Shown one piece after another: positions 17,568-26,606 of a DNA stretch of 64,000 bases. Position 1 is the first letter of the stretch, and each line of letters opens with the position of its first letter. The notes beneath the pieces are model-generated. The model did no database searches. It was not told the origin of the DNA and was given only the letters and a program-made list of their open reading frames with translations. This DNA comes from a virus. Location of the stretch: IMG/VR virus record IMGVR_UViG_3300045988_127492, positions 32,001 through 96,000 of that record, one strand, 5' to 3'. The position numbers were made by a program, and so were the translations under genes.

Positions 17568-18746
17568 TTAGAAGTCTGTAATAGATACCATCATGTTTTC
17601 AAGTAATTTGATATCCGAATTTTTTTTATCTTCTAAAACATCAGTATAAATATCCATTGTCATTTTTAAGGAAGAGTGCCCAAGATATGCCTGTACTGTC
17701 TTAGGTGGAACACCTGCTTCAAAGCAACGTGTAGCAAATGTGTGTCTAAATGTATGAGTAGTAAAATATGGCATAGGCACTTGATTATTTTTTTTTCGTT
17801 CTTCATTAACCTTATTTATTACTCTTTTTATATTGTTTGTGTATGTAGTTGGATGTATTGGACCATTTAAACTTGAAACAAATAATAGATTTCCGACTAT
17901 ATCTTGGTGTTTTGGAGGATACGGGAGTTGTTGAACCTGTTTCATTTGATCTTGAACTGCTTTCCTGCAAATACTATTCATTGGAACTTGGCGGAAACTT
18001 GCTTTTGTTTTTGGTGGATGAATTTCAAATTCTGTAGTTCCGTTTTTACTTAAATATACAATAGTTTTGTTTACATCAATTACATTGTTTGCAAAATCAA
18101 TATCTTCAAATGTTAGTGAACATAATTCACCACAACGTAACCCTGTATTAATTGCTACAACAAATAAGTTATAATAAAAACTTTCTTTAGCAGCTTGGAA
18201 AAAGTCTTTTTGTTCTTTTACAGGTAAAACATATGTGCGTTGCGATTTTGTACCAGTTACTTTAATTCCTCTAACTGGATTCTGACGACATAAATTATTA
18301 TCTATTGCGTAACTAAACATATTAAATAATTCTGATCTTATATATTCAACACGACTTTTAGACATATTTTTTCCTAAAGTGTTAAAAAAATCTGTTATCA
18401 TTATATTTGTTATAGAAGTTAATGGTGTATTTCCAAAAACTGGCTCAATATGATGTTTGTATGTAGATTTTAATGAAAATATAGATGAAGAACGTAATGT
18501 AGGTTCTTTATACACTCTCATCCATTTTTCATACCACTGCCCCAGCGTCATATTTGGATTAGCTACATTATTCATATTATAGTCATCGACAACCTCAGTC
18601 ATCAAAGCATTTTTAACTTCTTTCAAAGTCTTTCCATACACACATTCACGTTTCCCGAACCTATTTACAAATCGGGCTTGATATCTACCGTCCTTTCTCT
18701 GTGTGATACCTTTTCCAAGTTCTTTACCTTTTAAATCTTTTCCCAT
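17568..18746 (-). CDS. int: Tyrosine integrase (phage integrase family with N-terminal arm-binding domain)
   Basis: HTFRHTFATRCFEAG...LGHSSLKMTMDIYTDV carries the R..H-x-x-R...Y catalytic signature. The N-terminus GITQRKDGRYQARF is arm-binding-like. Confidence 0.9.
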   Translation of the reverse strand: MGKDLKGKELGKGITQRKDGRYQARFVNRFGKRECVYGKTLKEVKNALMTEVVDDYNMNNVANPNMTLGQWYEKWMRVYKEPTLRSSSIFSLKSTYKHHIEPVFGNTPLTSITNIMITDFFNTLGKNMSKSRVEYIRSELFNMFSYAIDNNLCRQNPVRGIKVTGTKSQRTYVLPVKEQKDFFQAAKESFYYNLFVVAINTGLRCGELCSLTFEDIDFANNVIDVNKTIVYLSKNGTTEFEIHPPKTKASFRQVPMNSICRKAVQDQMKQVQQLPYPPKHQDIVGNLLFVSSLNGPIHPTTYTNNIKRVINKVNEERKKNNQVPMPYFTTHTFRHTFATRCFEAGVPPKTVQAYLGHSSLKMTMDIYTDVLEDKKNSDIKLLENMMVSITDF

Positions 18747-18762
18747 TATACATCATCCTTTC

Positions 18763-18816
18763 GTCCGTATGTACAATGAGAGACTTTCCCACATTTATCA
18801 TATCATACATACGGAC
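18763..18816. repeat. Perfect 11-bp inverted repeat (GTCCGTATGTA / TACATACGGAC) with a 32-nt spacer, between xis and int
   Basis: Read directly from the sequence. Confidence 0.7.
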
Positions 18817-18825
18817 TTCTTTCAA

Positions 18826-19023
18826 TCATAGATAGACAATACTATCTAGGTATTTCTCAAATCTTTGACGCTTTATTAAACATCTGTTCCCGGAATACAT
18901 TACGAATGTACATCCAGGCTCTTTTACAAGCTCACGAAGCTTGTTCTTTCCTATATTAAAGTATTGAGCAGCCTCATCTATGGTCAGAGCATATTTCTCA
19001 GACAGCTGTATCATTTTGATCAC
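18826..19023 (-). CDS. xis: Excisionase-family helix-turn-helix DNA-binding protein
   Basis: LTIDEAAQYFNIGKNKLRELV is an HTH_17/Xis-type motif. The gene is adjacent to int. Confidence 0.6.
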   Translation of the reverse strand: MIKMIQLSEKYALTIDEAAQYFNIGKNKLRELVKEPGCTFVMYSGNRCLIKRQRFEKYLDSIVYL

Positions 19024-19552
19024 ACTCTTCTAGTTTTACATAAGAAAGTACTATATGAGCCAATGCCTTAGGAGTAGCTGTATATCCCTGATTTTCTATC
19101 ACATAGTCTACTTCATCCTCAATCCCATCAAACTGCCCCACGTCAGACAAATTTCTTCTGTAGGCTTCCTCAATATCATCACCACGCTCCAGAATTTTAA
19201 TAAACCTGTCTCTTCGAGGAACATCAATATAAAAAGACACAATATTTAAATCTTCATTCTTTTTTAATTGTCTAAGCCCATGAGGAGTTAGTACAACTAC
19301 TTTATCATTAGTACAATCTTTTTTAGCTGTTCCATACTGCCAGTCTCTATAAGAAGCATGTTCTGCAAACATGCCTCTTTCTTTCATGGAGTTAAATTGT
19401 TCCTCTGTAACAAAATGGTATGTCTCTCCGTCTATATCTTCTTTTCTCATAGGTCTAGTAGTATATGTAACTATTTTGTTATATCCCATAGTCACGAGTT
19501 CTTTTTCAATGGAAGATTTACCAGATGCTGATTCTCCTACAAGTACAATCAT
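18998..19552 (-). CDS. Guanylate-kinase-like nucleoside monophosphate kinase
   Basis: The internal ATG at 19552 overlaps the upstream stop (ATGA) and is preceded by AGGAGA. Motifs IVLVGESASGKSS (P-loop) and TTRPMRKEDIDGETYHFV...YGT (guanylate kinase signature). Confidence 0.7.
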   Translation of the reverse strand: MIVLVGESASGKSSIEKELVTMGYNKIVTYTTRPMRKEDIDGETYHFVTEEQFNSMKERGMFAEHASYRDWQYGTAKKDCTNDKVVVLTPHGLRQLKKNEDLNIVSFYIDVPRRDRFIKILERGDDIEEAYRRNLSDVGQFDGIEDEVDYVIENQGYTATPKALAHIVLSYVKLEECDQNDTAV

Positions 19553-20235
19553 GCTGCCACCATCTCCTTCTTCGTATAAGTAATTAAATCTTCTGCATAT
19601 GGCAAAGTTAAAATCCAATCACAGAATGTATGCCATTCACTTAATTTATGAGCTTTTCTGTCAAAATACATAGCACGTAGATTCTCATAACTAAAAGTTA
19701 ATGTTCGTGTCTGTAACCAACCATCAGGGAGCCAACGTACTAAAGCCTTCCAATAACGTTTATCTTTAGTTTCAAGAAACTTTTGTCTATAATACTCACA
19801 TTTATTAATAATATCTGTTGGATCCTCAATCTCAGGATCAAAGTCATCAGTTTCAAAGCACTCTAAAGTAATAGGTGTACTAGCAAGTTTATGCATTGTA
19901 CTGGAACTATTCGCTACAGTTCCTACTTTATATGTATCATATTCTTTCCACCAGTAGAGAGGACCTGTAACCGTGACACACACAAGAATCTGTCTCATAA
20001 ATTTTCTATGTGTCGAACCAGCATTAATAAGCCTCTGACATAAATCCATATCATTTGGACCAATAATGTAATCCACCATTCCACACTGATCGTAAGATCC
20101 ATTATCAAATGGACAATCAGCACAATCAGCAAGCATACAGTCAACACTATCACTCTTAGCATGAGACATCATAGGCAATCTCATTCCATAAAGTGCTTCT
20201 TCAAAGTTATATACATGTGTTCTTTCAAATTTCAT
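19549..20235 (-). CDS. ThyX-like protein, divergent (canonical RHR-X7-S motif not evident)
   Basis: By-eye resemblance to flavin-dependent thymidylate synthase: GSTHRKFMRQILV...TGPLYWWKE...NSSSTMH. Sits among nucleotide-metabolism genes. Confidence 0.35.
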   Translation of the reverse strand: MKFERTHVYNFEEALYGMRLPMMSHAKSDSVDCMLADCADCPFDNGSYDQCGMVDYIIGPNDMDLCQRLINAGSTHRKFMRQILVCVTVTGPLYWWKEYDTYKVGTVANSSSTMHKLASTPITLECFETDDFDPEIEDPTDIINKCEYYRQKFLETKDKRYWKALVRWLPDGWLQTRTLTFSYENLRAMYFDRKAHKLSEWHTFCDWILTLPYAEDLITYTKKEMVAA

Positions 20236-20238
20236 ACG

Positions 20239-20466
20239 TTAAACCCTCCAATAGCCAATCTCATCACAAAAAGCATCTACTTCTTTAGTTGGTCCTAAGA
20301 CATTAACTTCCATCTCTTTGGGCAGTCCCAAGGACAACACACCTAAAACAGACTTCATGTCAATGATGTATCTACCAACTTTTGCATCTATATCACAGTT
20401 CTTATATTTATTTGCTATAGAAACTATCTTTGTAGCATCTGATGAATCATTTAGTCGAATTTTCAT
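20239..20466 (-). CDS. HPr-like (PTS phosphocarrier fold) protein
   Basis: Start taken at the internal ATG at 20466 (AAGGA RBS). MKSVLGVLSLGLPKEMEVNV matches the HPr KS(I/L)MG(V)MSLG region. No His at the usual phospho-site position. Confidence 0.55.
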   Translation of the reverse strand: MKIRLNDSSDATKIVSIANKYKNCDIDAKVGRYIIDMKSVLGVLSLGLPKEMEVNVLGPTKEVDAFCDEIGYWRV

Positions 20467-20557
20467 ATTTATCCTTTCTTTTTGTCGAATAAAATGATAT
20501 AGTGCGTATGGTTGTTCTGTATACTTCATTAACACACAACCAACACACATTTTTCTT

Positions 20558-20588
20558 AGAGGTACTATATTAGTACCTCTATTTTTTT
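20558..20588 (+). terminator. Intrinsic terminator oriented for the + strand, inside the minus-strand gene block
   Basis: AGAGGTACTA-TAT-TAGTACCTCT is a perfect 10-bp stem. A T7 run follows on the + strand, whereas an A-rich tract follows on the - strand. Confidence 0.5.
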
Positions 20589-21102
20589 ATTTCCCAGTAC
20601 TTCCAAATCCACCATTACGAGTTTCTTCAGTCTTATCATCTTCTGTAATTCCATAAGGTAAGAAAATCCCCTGACAGAAGCCATCACCTTTAGCTACTTT
20701 CATAGTCTTAGCACCCTCATTAGTTAATTTGACCATGATGTGTCCTTCATTGTCTGAGTAGAAATAATCGCTATCAATAATTCCTACAGTGTTTTCGAGT
20801 CTTACTCTATATTTGAATCCAAGCCCACTTCTTGGGAAAAGCATCAGAACCCAATCATCATTCATGCCACAACGAATACCTGTCGGAATCTTAATTGTTT
20901 CTCCTGGTTCTAACACAAACGACAGTGGAGAATAGAAATCATAACCAGCACTACCCTTAGTCGCTCTCTGAGGAAGTTCAATAGGGTAATATGCATCTTT
21001 AATTGATTTATCAGTAATCATTGATGGCTTACCGAATGAATCTTTCCATGCTGCTTCAAACTGTTCATAAGATACCTTTTCAAATTTTGCTACTCTTTTC
21101 AT
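20587..21102 (-). CDS. dut: dUTP diphosphatase (trimeric dUTPase family)
   Basis: GSAGYDFYSP, FPRSGLG, GIIDSDY and RNGGFGSTGK motifs. Confidence 0.85.
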   Translation of the reverse strand: MKRVAKFEKVSYEQFEAAWKDSFGKPSMITDKSIKDAYYPIELPQRATKGSAGYDFYSPLSFVLEPGETIKIPTGIRCGMNDDWVLMLFPRSGLGFKYRVRLENTVGIIDSDYFYSDNEGHIMVKLTNEGAKTMKVAKGDGFCQGIFLPYGITEDDKTEETRNGGFGSTGK

Positions 21103-21791
21103 TTACAAATCTCCTTTTTTAAATACTCAATATATTTATCCCACTCACCTAATGAGTAGATATATTCTTTAGTTCTCAGACACTTTTTCTTCATATCTTT
21201 TTTCAAGTCAATTGATCTATATTGCTTACTTTTTTGAAGTTTATTGCTCAAAAAAGCGTCAGTTACCCTAGAGACTAACAAGTAATCCTTGTTGTCCATA
21301 GAATCCAAAATGGCATTGTATTTTGTTAAATCTTCCTCAGGAATAGGGTAATCATATTTGGGTAAGTTCTTAGTCGAGAAAGGACTAATATCAGATCCTG
21401 CAGTTGCAGGTTTGAGAAAAGATGCTATGTACTCTAGCTTACGAGCATGGAATTTAAATTCTATCTCTTTATCATTCTCCATAATACTTCGCACAGTACC
21501 TTCATCTTCAAGTGCTTTATATAGTTCTGTATAAGTTTTATACTCCGGTAATCCTACATCTTTAGCTATAGCTTTTAAAATATTATGCCCTCTTCCTATA
21601 GATGGAATATAAGCTACAAGAGTAGAAAAACCATAATGATATATTTGGGCACCTCCATAACATTTGATGTAAATATCATCAAAACTTGGGTCTATTCCTC
21701 CAGAATCATCTCTGGGGTAATCATTAGTACTTTGATCTATTTCGGCTTTTAGCCTGTATGTACCTTTATATTTCATTAAATATTTTGACAT
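21099..21791 (-). CDS. Hypothetical protein
   Basis: 230-aa ORF whose ends overlap both neighbouring genes. Confidence 0.5.
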   Translation of the reverse strand: MSKYLMKYKGTYRLKAEIDQSTNDYPRDDSGGIDPSFDDIYIKCYGGAQIYHYGFSTLVAYIPSIGRGHNILKAIAKDVGLPEYKTYTELYKALEDEGTVRSIMENDKEIEFKFHARKLEYIASFLKPATAGSDISPFSTKNLPKYDYPIPEEDLTKYNAILDSMDNKDYLLVSRVTDAFLSNKLQKSKQYRSIDLKKDMKKKCLRTKEYIYSLGEWDKYIEYLKKEICK

Positions 21792-22534
21792 ACTTTTTCC
21801 TTTTCAAATAATTTCTCAATGCCAGTTACATTGTTACCATGATTCATAGTCTTAGCTAGCTCTTTCTGCCACAGAACTTTCCATTCATCTGGTGCTTGAT
21901 ATTCACTTACTAGGACTATATTTTTTTCACTCATCAATTCAGCCCATGACCAAAACCTGTCATAATCAAAATTTAATGATGTATTGTATTGCTTGGTCCC
22001 TTTATAAGGAATATCACAATAAAACAGACAATTTTCATAGCCTGTATAAAGTTCTTCATAATCCCCAGAAGCAAAATCTATTCCTGAAAGGGTTGGTATT
22101 TGCTTTATAAAATTTCTCTTAGCTTCATCGTAATAATTTCTTTTACTTCTACCATCTAAAAATCCTTGACCATTAAAGCCACCATCATAAAATCTCCCAG
22201 AGTAACTTGCAAAGAAACCTATTACACCTATATACCACTGGGGATAATCAGTAAAATCAGCAGCATAATAAGCTTTTCTACAATCACTGTATAAATCTTT
22301 TGTCACTACATTGGGGAGGTCAGAAAGATGTTCTCTATTTTTGAAAAGTTCTATAAGATATGGATTGTTGTCAGATGCAATTTTTTTATCACACTTAATC
22401 TTATCAATAATATTACAGCCACCACAAAATGGCTCTATATACGTTGTAATCTCATTTTTATCTATTTTATCTTGAATAATTGGAACTATGTCTTTTGCTA
22501 TTCTGGACTTACTGCCCATATATTTCAAATTCAT
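21776..22534 (-). CDS. dam: DNA N6-adenine methyltransferase (Dam/D12 class)
   Basis: KYMGSKSRIAKDI, EPFCGGCN and the DIPY (DPPY-type) motif. Confidence 0.8.
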   Translation of the reverse strand: MNLKYMGSKSRIAKDIVPIIQDKIDKNEITTYIEPFCGGCNIIDKIKCDKKIASDNNPYLIELFKNREHLSDLPNVVTKDLYSDCRKAYYAADFTDYPQWYIGVIGFFASYSGRFYDGGFNGQGFLDGRSKRNYYDEAKRNFIKQIPTLSGIDFASGDYEELYTGYENCLFYCDIPYKGTKQYNTSLNFDYDRFWSWAELMSEKNIVLVSEYQAPDEWKVLWQKELAKTMNHGNNVTGIEKLFEKEKVCQNI

Positions 22535-22620
22535 TTACCAGAAAGTGACATGTCCTTAGTGCGCACCTAACTTTTATCCTTTCTGTTTAAATATTTATTA
22601 ATTTGTCATCGTAATCTGTT

Positions 22621-22809
22621 TTATGATTCTCTTGAATCGGTTCCCTTTTTAAATCCAAAGAAAGAAACATTCTCTTTAAATATATAATCGTCATTGATGT
22701 AGTAACATGGATGTTCTTTTGTCCTAATAAAAAAGCATTCCTCTTGTGTTAACTCGCAACAATTGAACAAGTAACTCTCTCTGTAATAATCACAATTGAG
22801 ACAATCCAT
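22621..22809 (-). CDS. Hypothetical Cys-rich small protein
   Basis: ORF that fits the minus-strand gene packing. Confidence 0.4.
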   Translation of the reverse strand: MDCLNCDYYRESYLFNCCELTQEECFFIRTKEHPCYYINDDYIFKENVSFFGFKKGTDSRES

Positions 22810-22813
22810 TAAA

Positions 22814-23074
22814 TCACTGTCCTATCATTTCTTTAGTAATTTCTTTATATATTGGTCTACTTCCACTTTTATATTTATTTGATTGTAAAATTTCTAAGAT
22901 TAATTCCTCTTTATCTGCATTAAACCCCACTGTAAATTTAGAAAACAGTATACCTCCTGGCACCCAAAACGGAGGGCTAATTTTTACTGATTTAACACTT
23001 TTTAATCTTTTAATACAGTCATGGTATGAATATAGTGGGTTCACTTGATAATACTTTCTATTTCTCCAATCCAC
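22814..23074 (-). CDS. Hypothetical protein
   Basis: ORF that fits the minus-strand gene packing. Confidence 0.4.
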   Translation of the reverse strand: MDWRNRKYYQVNPLYSYHDCIKRLKSVKSVKISPPFWVPGGILFSKFTVGFNADKEELILEILQSNKYKSGSRPIYKEITKEMIGQ

Positions 23075-23075
23075 T

Positions 23076-23567
23076 TTATCTTCTAAACTCCTCTGCTAAG
23101 ATTTCAAATTCCACATCATCATGTAATTTTCCATCCATTAATTTACATATTTGTCTGTGATAAGCACATTCTCTGCCACCATGTTTCTTAATGAAATTCC
23201 TATATCCACGAATAGCAGGATTGTCGGCTACACAGCTCCAACATAATCTATTCAAATGGTACTTCTCGAAAATATCATATATGACCTGATATAAATCTTT
23301 AGCGAATAACATATTACCTTTATCAAAACTGATTGCACCAAAACGATCGGCACTCATTGTTACAAAGCTAACAGAATATGAAATATATCCTAATATATTG
23401 CCGTCTTCATCAACAGAAACAAAATGGTGAGAATCATAATTATTATCTGGAATATCTGGTTCCCCAGTTCCGGCCCAGCCAGAATAATACATATACTCTT
23501 CGTTATACCAAGTTTCTATATACTTCTTTTTTATTTCTTCTCTATATAGTTGTGCTGGTTTAATCAT
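23076..23567 (-). CDS. GNAT-family acetyltransferase-like protein
   Basis: The ATG at 23567 follows GAGGAG and lies 1 nt after the upstream stop. LNRLCWSCVADNPAIRGYRNFIKKHGG resembles the GNAT (RimJ/L-like) core. Confidence 0.5.
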   Translation of the reverse strand: MIKPAQLYREEIKKKYIETWYNEEYMYYSGWAGTGEPDIPDNNYDSHHFVSVDEDGNILGYISYSVSFVTMSADRFGAISFDKGNMLFAKDLYQVIYDIFEKYHLNRLCWSCVADNPAIRGYRNFIKKHGGRECAYHRQICKLMDGKLHDDVEFEILAEEFRR

Positions 23568-23568
23568 G

Positions 23569-23838
23569 TTAATACTCCTCATAGTCAGTCTCATCACTGA
23601 TATTCAATTTATACTTTTCAGCTTCATGCACTTTATTTAGAGCAACTTTTCTACTATCAAATACAACCTCTCCTACGGTGTCAAACCCTAAAAGATACGC
23701 ATGTTTATCTCTTTTGTCTATACCTACAAAGTAGGTGTCTGCGACTGTACGGACAGTCAAGTCACAGACATCATAAACACCTACTGTAGGAAAGATTTTA
23801 GTATAATAGAGTTTGTCACCTTTCTCTATTATCTTCAT
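23569..23838 (-). CDS. Hypothetical protein
   Basis: 89-aa ORF; its start overlaps the nrdJ stop. Confidence 0.45.
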   Translation of the reverse strand: MKIIEKGDKLYYTKIFPTVGVYDVCDLTVRTVADTYFVGIDKRDKHAYLLGFDTVGEVVFDSRKVALNKVHEAEKYKLNISDETDYEEY

Positions 23839-25631
23839 TAGTCACATTTACTCCATCCACAATTTTTACAAGTGTTACAACCACCTTCAAAAACTAATTC
23901 TCCTCCACACTGAGGACATTTAGCTTTAGAAATAGGCATAATCTTAGGTGTAACAACTTCTGATTCTTTCTCTTCAACATCTGGATATCCTACTTCATCC
24001 ATCATTTCTTCATACATTTCAAGGAGAGCATTTCCAATAGCTACAGGACAACTACTTCCTTTAGATGTATCATGTTTAGTAGCAGTTCTTACCGCATATG
24101 ATGGACAAGTACCAGAAGATTTCAACTGATCTACAATAGAATAAACATCAATTCCACCTCTAGCAGCTAATGAAATCATTCTTGATAACCCAATCATGAA
24201 ATTGTTACATCCACCGGAGGAACCTTTACTAAAATAAGTTTCAAGTAACTGTCCATTGTCAGGATCAAAGAATGCTTCACAATGGAGTGTTCCACAACCT
24301 GTTCTAAGAGTTCGTTTCTTACCTACACAATTGTCATCTGCTTTGATAATCATTCCTCTTTCTAAAGAATGAGGTGTTTCAACAGATTCTTCTGTATCAT
24401 TCTTAATAGTAAGAATACCAGCTCTCTTACATCCATCTCTAAAAATGGTCACACCCTTTAGTCCAGCATCCCACGCTGTCATATACAGATCTTCTACCTG
24501 TTCAACTGTAAAATCATTTGGAACATTGACAGTAGAACTAATAGAAGCGTCAATATGTGACTGCCAGATACTCTGCATATAAATTCTGTTTTTATAGTCA
24601 AGTGTTTGAGCTGTTACAAAATAATCTGGTAATTCTAAATCGTCTTTCAGTCCATGTTCGTCCATATATTTCTTTACAATTGGTGTGTATACTTTGTAGT
24701 ATTCATCATGACCTTTAAGGGATTCTGTTTTACGAGTGTAATAATTTGCAAAGATAGGCTCAATACCACCAGACACACCAAGCATTGTTGAAAGTGATCC
24801 GGTTGGTGCAATAGTAAGCAACTGAGAGTTTCTAAGTCCAAAAGACTCAACTAACTCTTTTGTCTTTCCTAAGGCATTCTTACTATAAAATGCAGACTGC
24901 TCAACAGCTTCTGGCTTATATTTTGGATACGGGCCATATGTTTTAGCTAATATAGCAGAAGTTCTAATAGCCGTATCTGCCATTGTATGACCAATCATGT
25001 CACAAAGATCAATAGCTTCTGGACTGCCATATTTGATACCTAATTTAATAAGCAAATCAGCAAGTCCAAAGATTCCAAGCCCAATCTGTCTCCAATCATA
25101 CACTGATTGTCTTTGCTCTTTCAGTGGATGAAGCGGTAGCCCCTCATCTAATACTTCATTAAGAGCAATTACCGATTCTTTCACGCAATATTTAAAGCTA
25201 TTAAAATCAAAGCCTGTATCACATGTAAATTCTGATAAATTGATGCTACCTAAAAGGCACGAACCTCCCGCTGGCAACGGCTCTTCTGCACAAGGATTAG
25301 TTCCTGCATACTCAAACTCATCATCACAGCTAAGTAAGTTCCAGTTATTGATTCTATCCCAGAAAAGCATTCCAGGTTCAGCATAATCCCAGTTCATTTC
25401 GCACATTTTATGAAACATTTCATATGCATCAATCTCTTTAGTAATTGTTTCACCAGTCTCTAATCTGGTGAATGAAAGTGTAAATGGAGTTCTATTCTTT
25501 ACTGCCGCCATAAATTTGTCTGTAATTCTGATAGAGATATTAGCTTTTGTAACTCTATCAAGGTCTGATTTAATTCCAATAAATTCTTCTAAATCTGGAT
25601 GCTCGCAAGATAAACTGAGCATCAAAGCCCC
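23838..25631 (-). CDS. nrdJ: Class II (B12-dependent) ribonucleotide reductase, exon 2
   Basis: Begins GALMLSLSCEHPDLEEFI. Contains NPCAEEPL, TIAPTGS and the C-terminal Zn cluster CPQCGG...CNTCKNCG. It continues in frame from exon 1, which ends ...QSGRR. Confidence 0.85.
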   Translation of the reverse strand, partial: GALMLSLSCEHPDLEEFIGIKSDLDRVTKANISIRITDKFMAAVKNRTPFTLSFTRLETGETITKEIDAYEMFHKMCEMNWDYAEPGMLFWDRINNWNLLSCDDEFEYAGTNPCAEEPLPAGGSCLLGSINLSEFTCDTGFDFNSFKYCVKESVIALNEVLDEGLPLHPLKEQRQSVYDWRQIGLGIFGLADLLIKLGIKYGSPEAIDLCDMIGHTMADTAIRTSAILAKTYGPYPKYKPEAVEQSAFYSKNALGKTKELVESFGLRNSQLLTIAPTGSLSTMLGVSGGIEPIFANYYTRKTESLKGHDEYYKVYTPIVKKYMDEHGLKDDLELPDYFVTAQTLDYKNRIYMQSIWQSHIDASISSTVNVPNDFTVEQVEDLYMTAWDAGLKGVTIFRDGCKRAGILTIKNDTEESVETPHSLERGMIIKADDNCVGKKRTLRTGCGTLHCEAFFDPDNGQLLETYFSKGSSGGCNNFMIGLSRMISLAARGGIDVYSIVDQLKSSGTCPSYAVRTATKHDTSKGSSCPVAIGNALLEMYEEMMDEVGYPDVEEKESEVVTPKIMPISKAKCPQCGGELVFEGGCNTCKNCGWSKCD

Positions 25632-26606
25632 CATTTATGGACTATCTCTTAATTAATTTAAAAATCAATCTTGGATACTATTGCGGTTATTAAGAAAACT
25701 TGCATTTTCTCCGCTAGTCTCTACACCTTCCTACTCTGTAGGCTCGGCACGGTATTATTAAGCAATACGCTTACCTTCACCGTTTTCTTCCAATTCAAGA
25801 CGCAGGGCTTTATATTTTAAATACTTTCGTTTTAATATGATAAATGATTCATTTGGGTAAATATATTCTAGAAATGTTAAGACATCGGATAAATTTGCAA
25901 ATTCTAAGACATAACACTTTTCGTTTCCTTTTGGACGAAGTGTTGTAGAAATATTAAGTTTTTTAATTAAATACTGTTGAACCCCTTCTAATATTTTTAA
26001 TTGTGATGTAAAACTTATTTTTTGCCATAGTCTATTTTTATCTTTTCTACGACCAAAGGTTAAACATCCATCTGCATCAAAGAGTCCTTGTATCAAATAT
26101 CTCTCCAAATCATCCCTTACTCTAGGATAATGTCTATCTACTTTTAATCTTCCACCTGTAAATTTTAATATATCTACAATCTTTTTTTGTAATCTCGCTC
26201 TAGGAAATCTTCTTGTCTTTTTATCAACGGTATGATCATAATTAATATTAGCTTGTAAAATTTTTGATATATATTCTACAATTTCTTTATCATTCATCGT
26301 TGTTGATATTTCAACCGAGTTTTTTTCATCAATTGCTGCGTCAGCAAGTATAAATCCTAATATATATGCCTTTTCTTTTGTGTCAATCTTTTCAAACTTA
26401 TAACTATCATATTTTCTATATTTGGATTTATCATTTAACCCATATTTAGAAATCCAATATGATATAGTTCTGTGATTTAATCCACAATCTTTTTCAATTT
26501 GTCGTGTTGACATTCCTTTATTTAAACATTTTTCCAAATAATCTTTATTCATATGTATTTACTCCTTCTACTTTTACGCATTTCGATGGATAGCATTTAA
26601 TCATTT
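25632..26606 (-). mobile_element. Group I intron in nrdJ (975 nt) carrying a LAGLIDADG ORF
   Basis: Exon 1 ends in U (CGU|) and the intron ends in G (AAAUG|GGG). A GCGU guide-like element could pair with the exon ACGU. P7-like GACUA/UAGUC strands flank a GCGG...CCGC hairpin. The free-standing ORF has its own RBS. Confidence 0.7.
25758..26552 (-). CDS. LAGLIDADG homing endonuclease (intron-encoded, two motifs)
   Basis: YILGFILADAAID and LIQGLFDADGCLTF motifs, an N-terminal HTH-like segment, and a GAAGGAG RBS. Confidence 0.85.
   Translation of the reverse strand: MNKDYLEKCLNKGMSTRQIEKDCGLNHRTISYWISKYGLNDKSKYRKYDSYKFEKIDTKEKAYILGFILADAAIDEKNSVEISTTMNDKEIVEYISKILQANINYDHTVDKKTRRFPRARLQKKIVDILKFTGGRLKVDRHYPRVRDDLERYLIQGLFDADGCLTFGRRKDKNRLWQKISFTSQLKILEGVQQYLIKKLNISTTLRPKGNEKCYVLEFANLSDVLTFLEYIYPNESFIILKRKYLKYKALRLELEENGEGKRIA

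Noticed and set aside
25632-26606. Inteins rather than introns as the elements interrupting nrdJ and dnaE (the dnaE element is at 33236-34492).
   Set aside because: The LAGLIDADG ORFs are in different frames from the host exons. They have their own RBS and start codons and are flanked by in-frame stops. The flanks also show group I boundary and core features.
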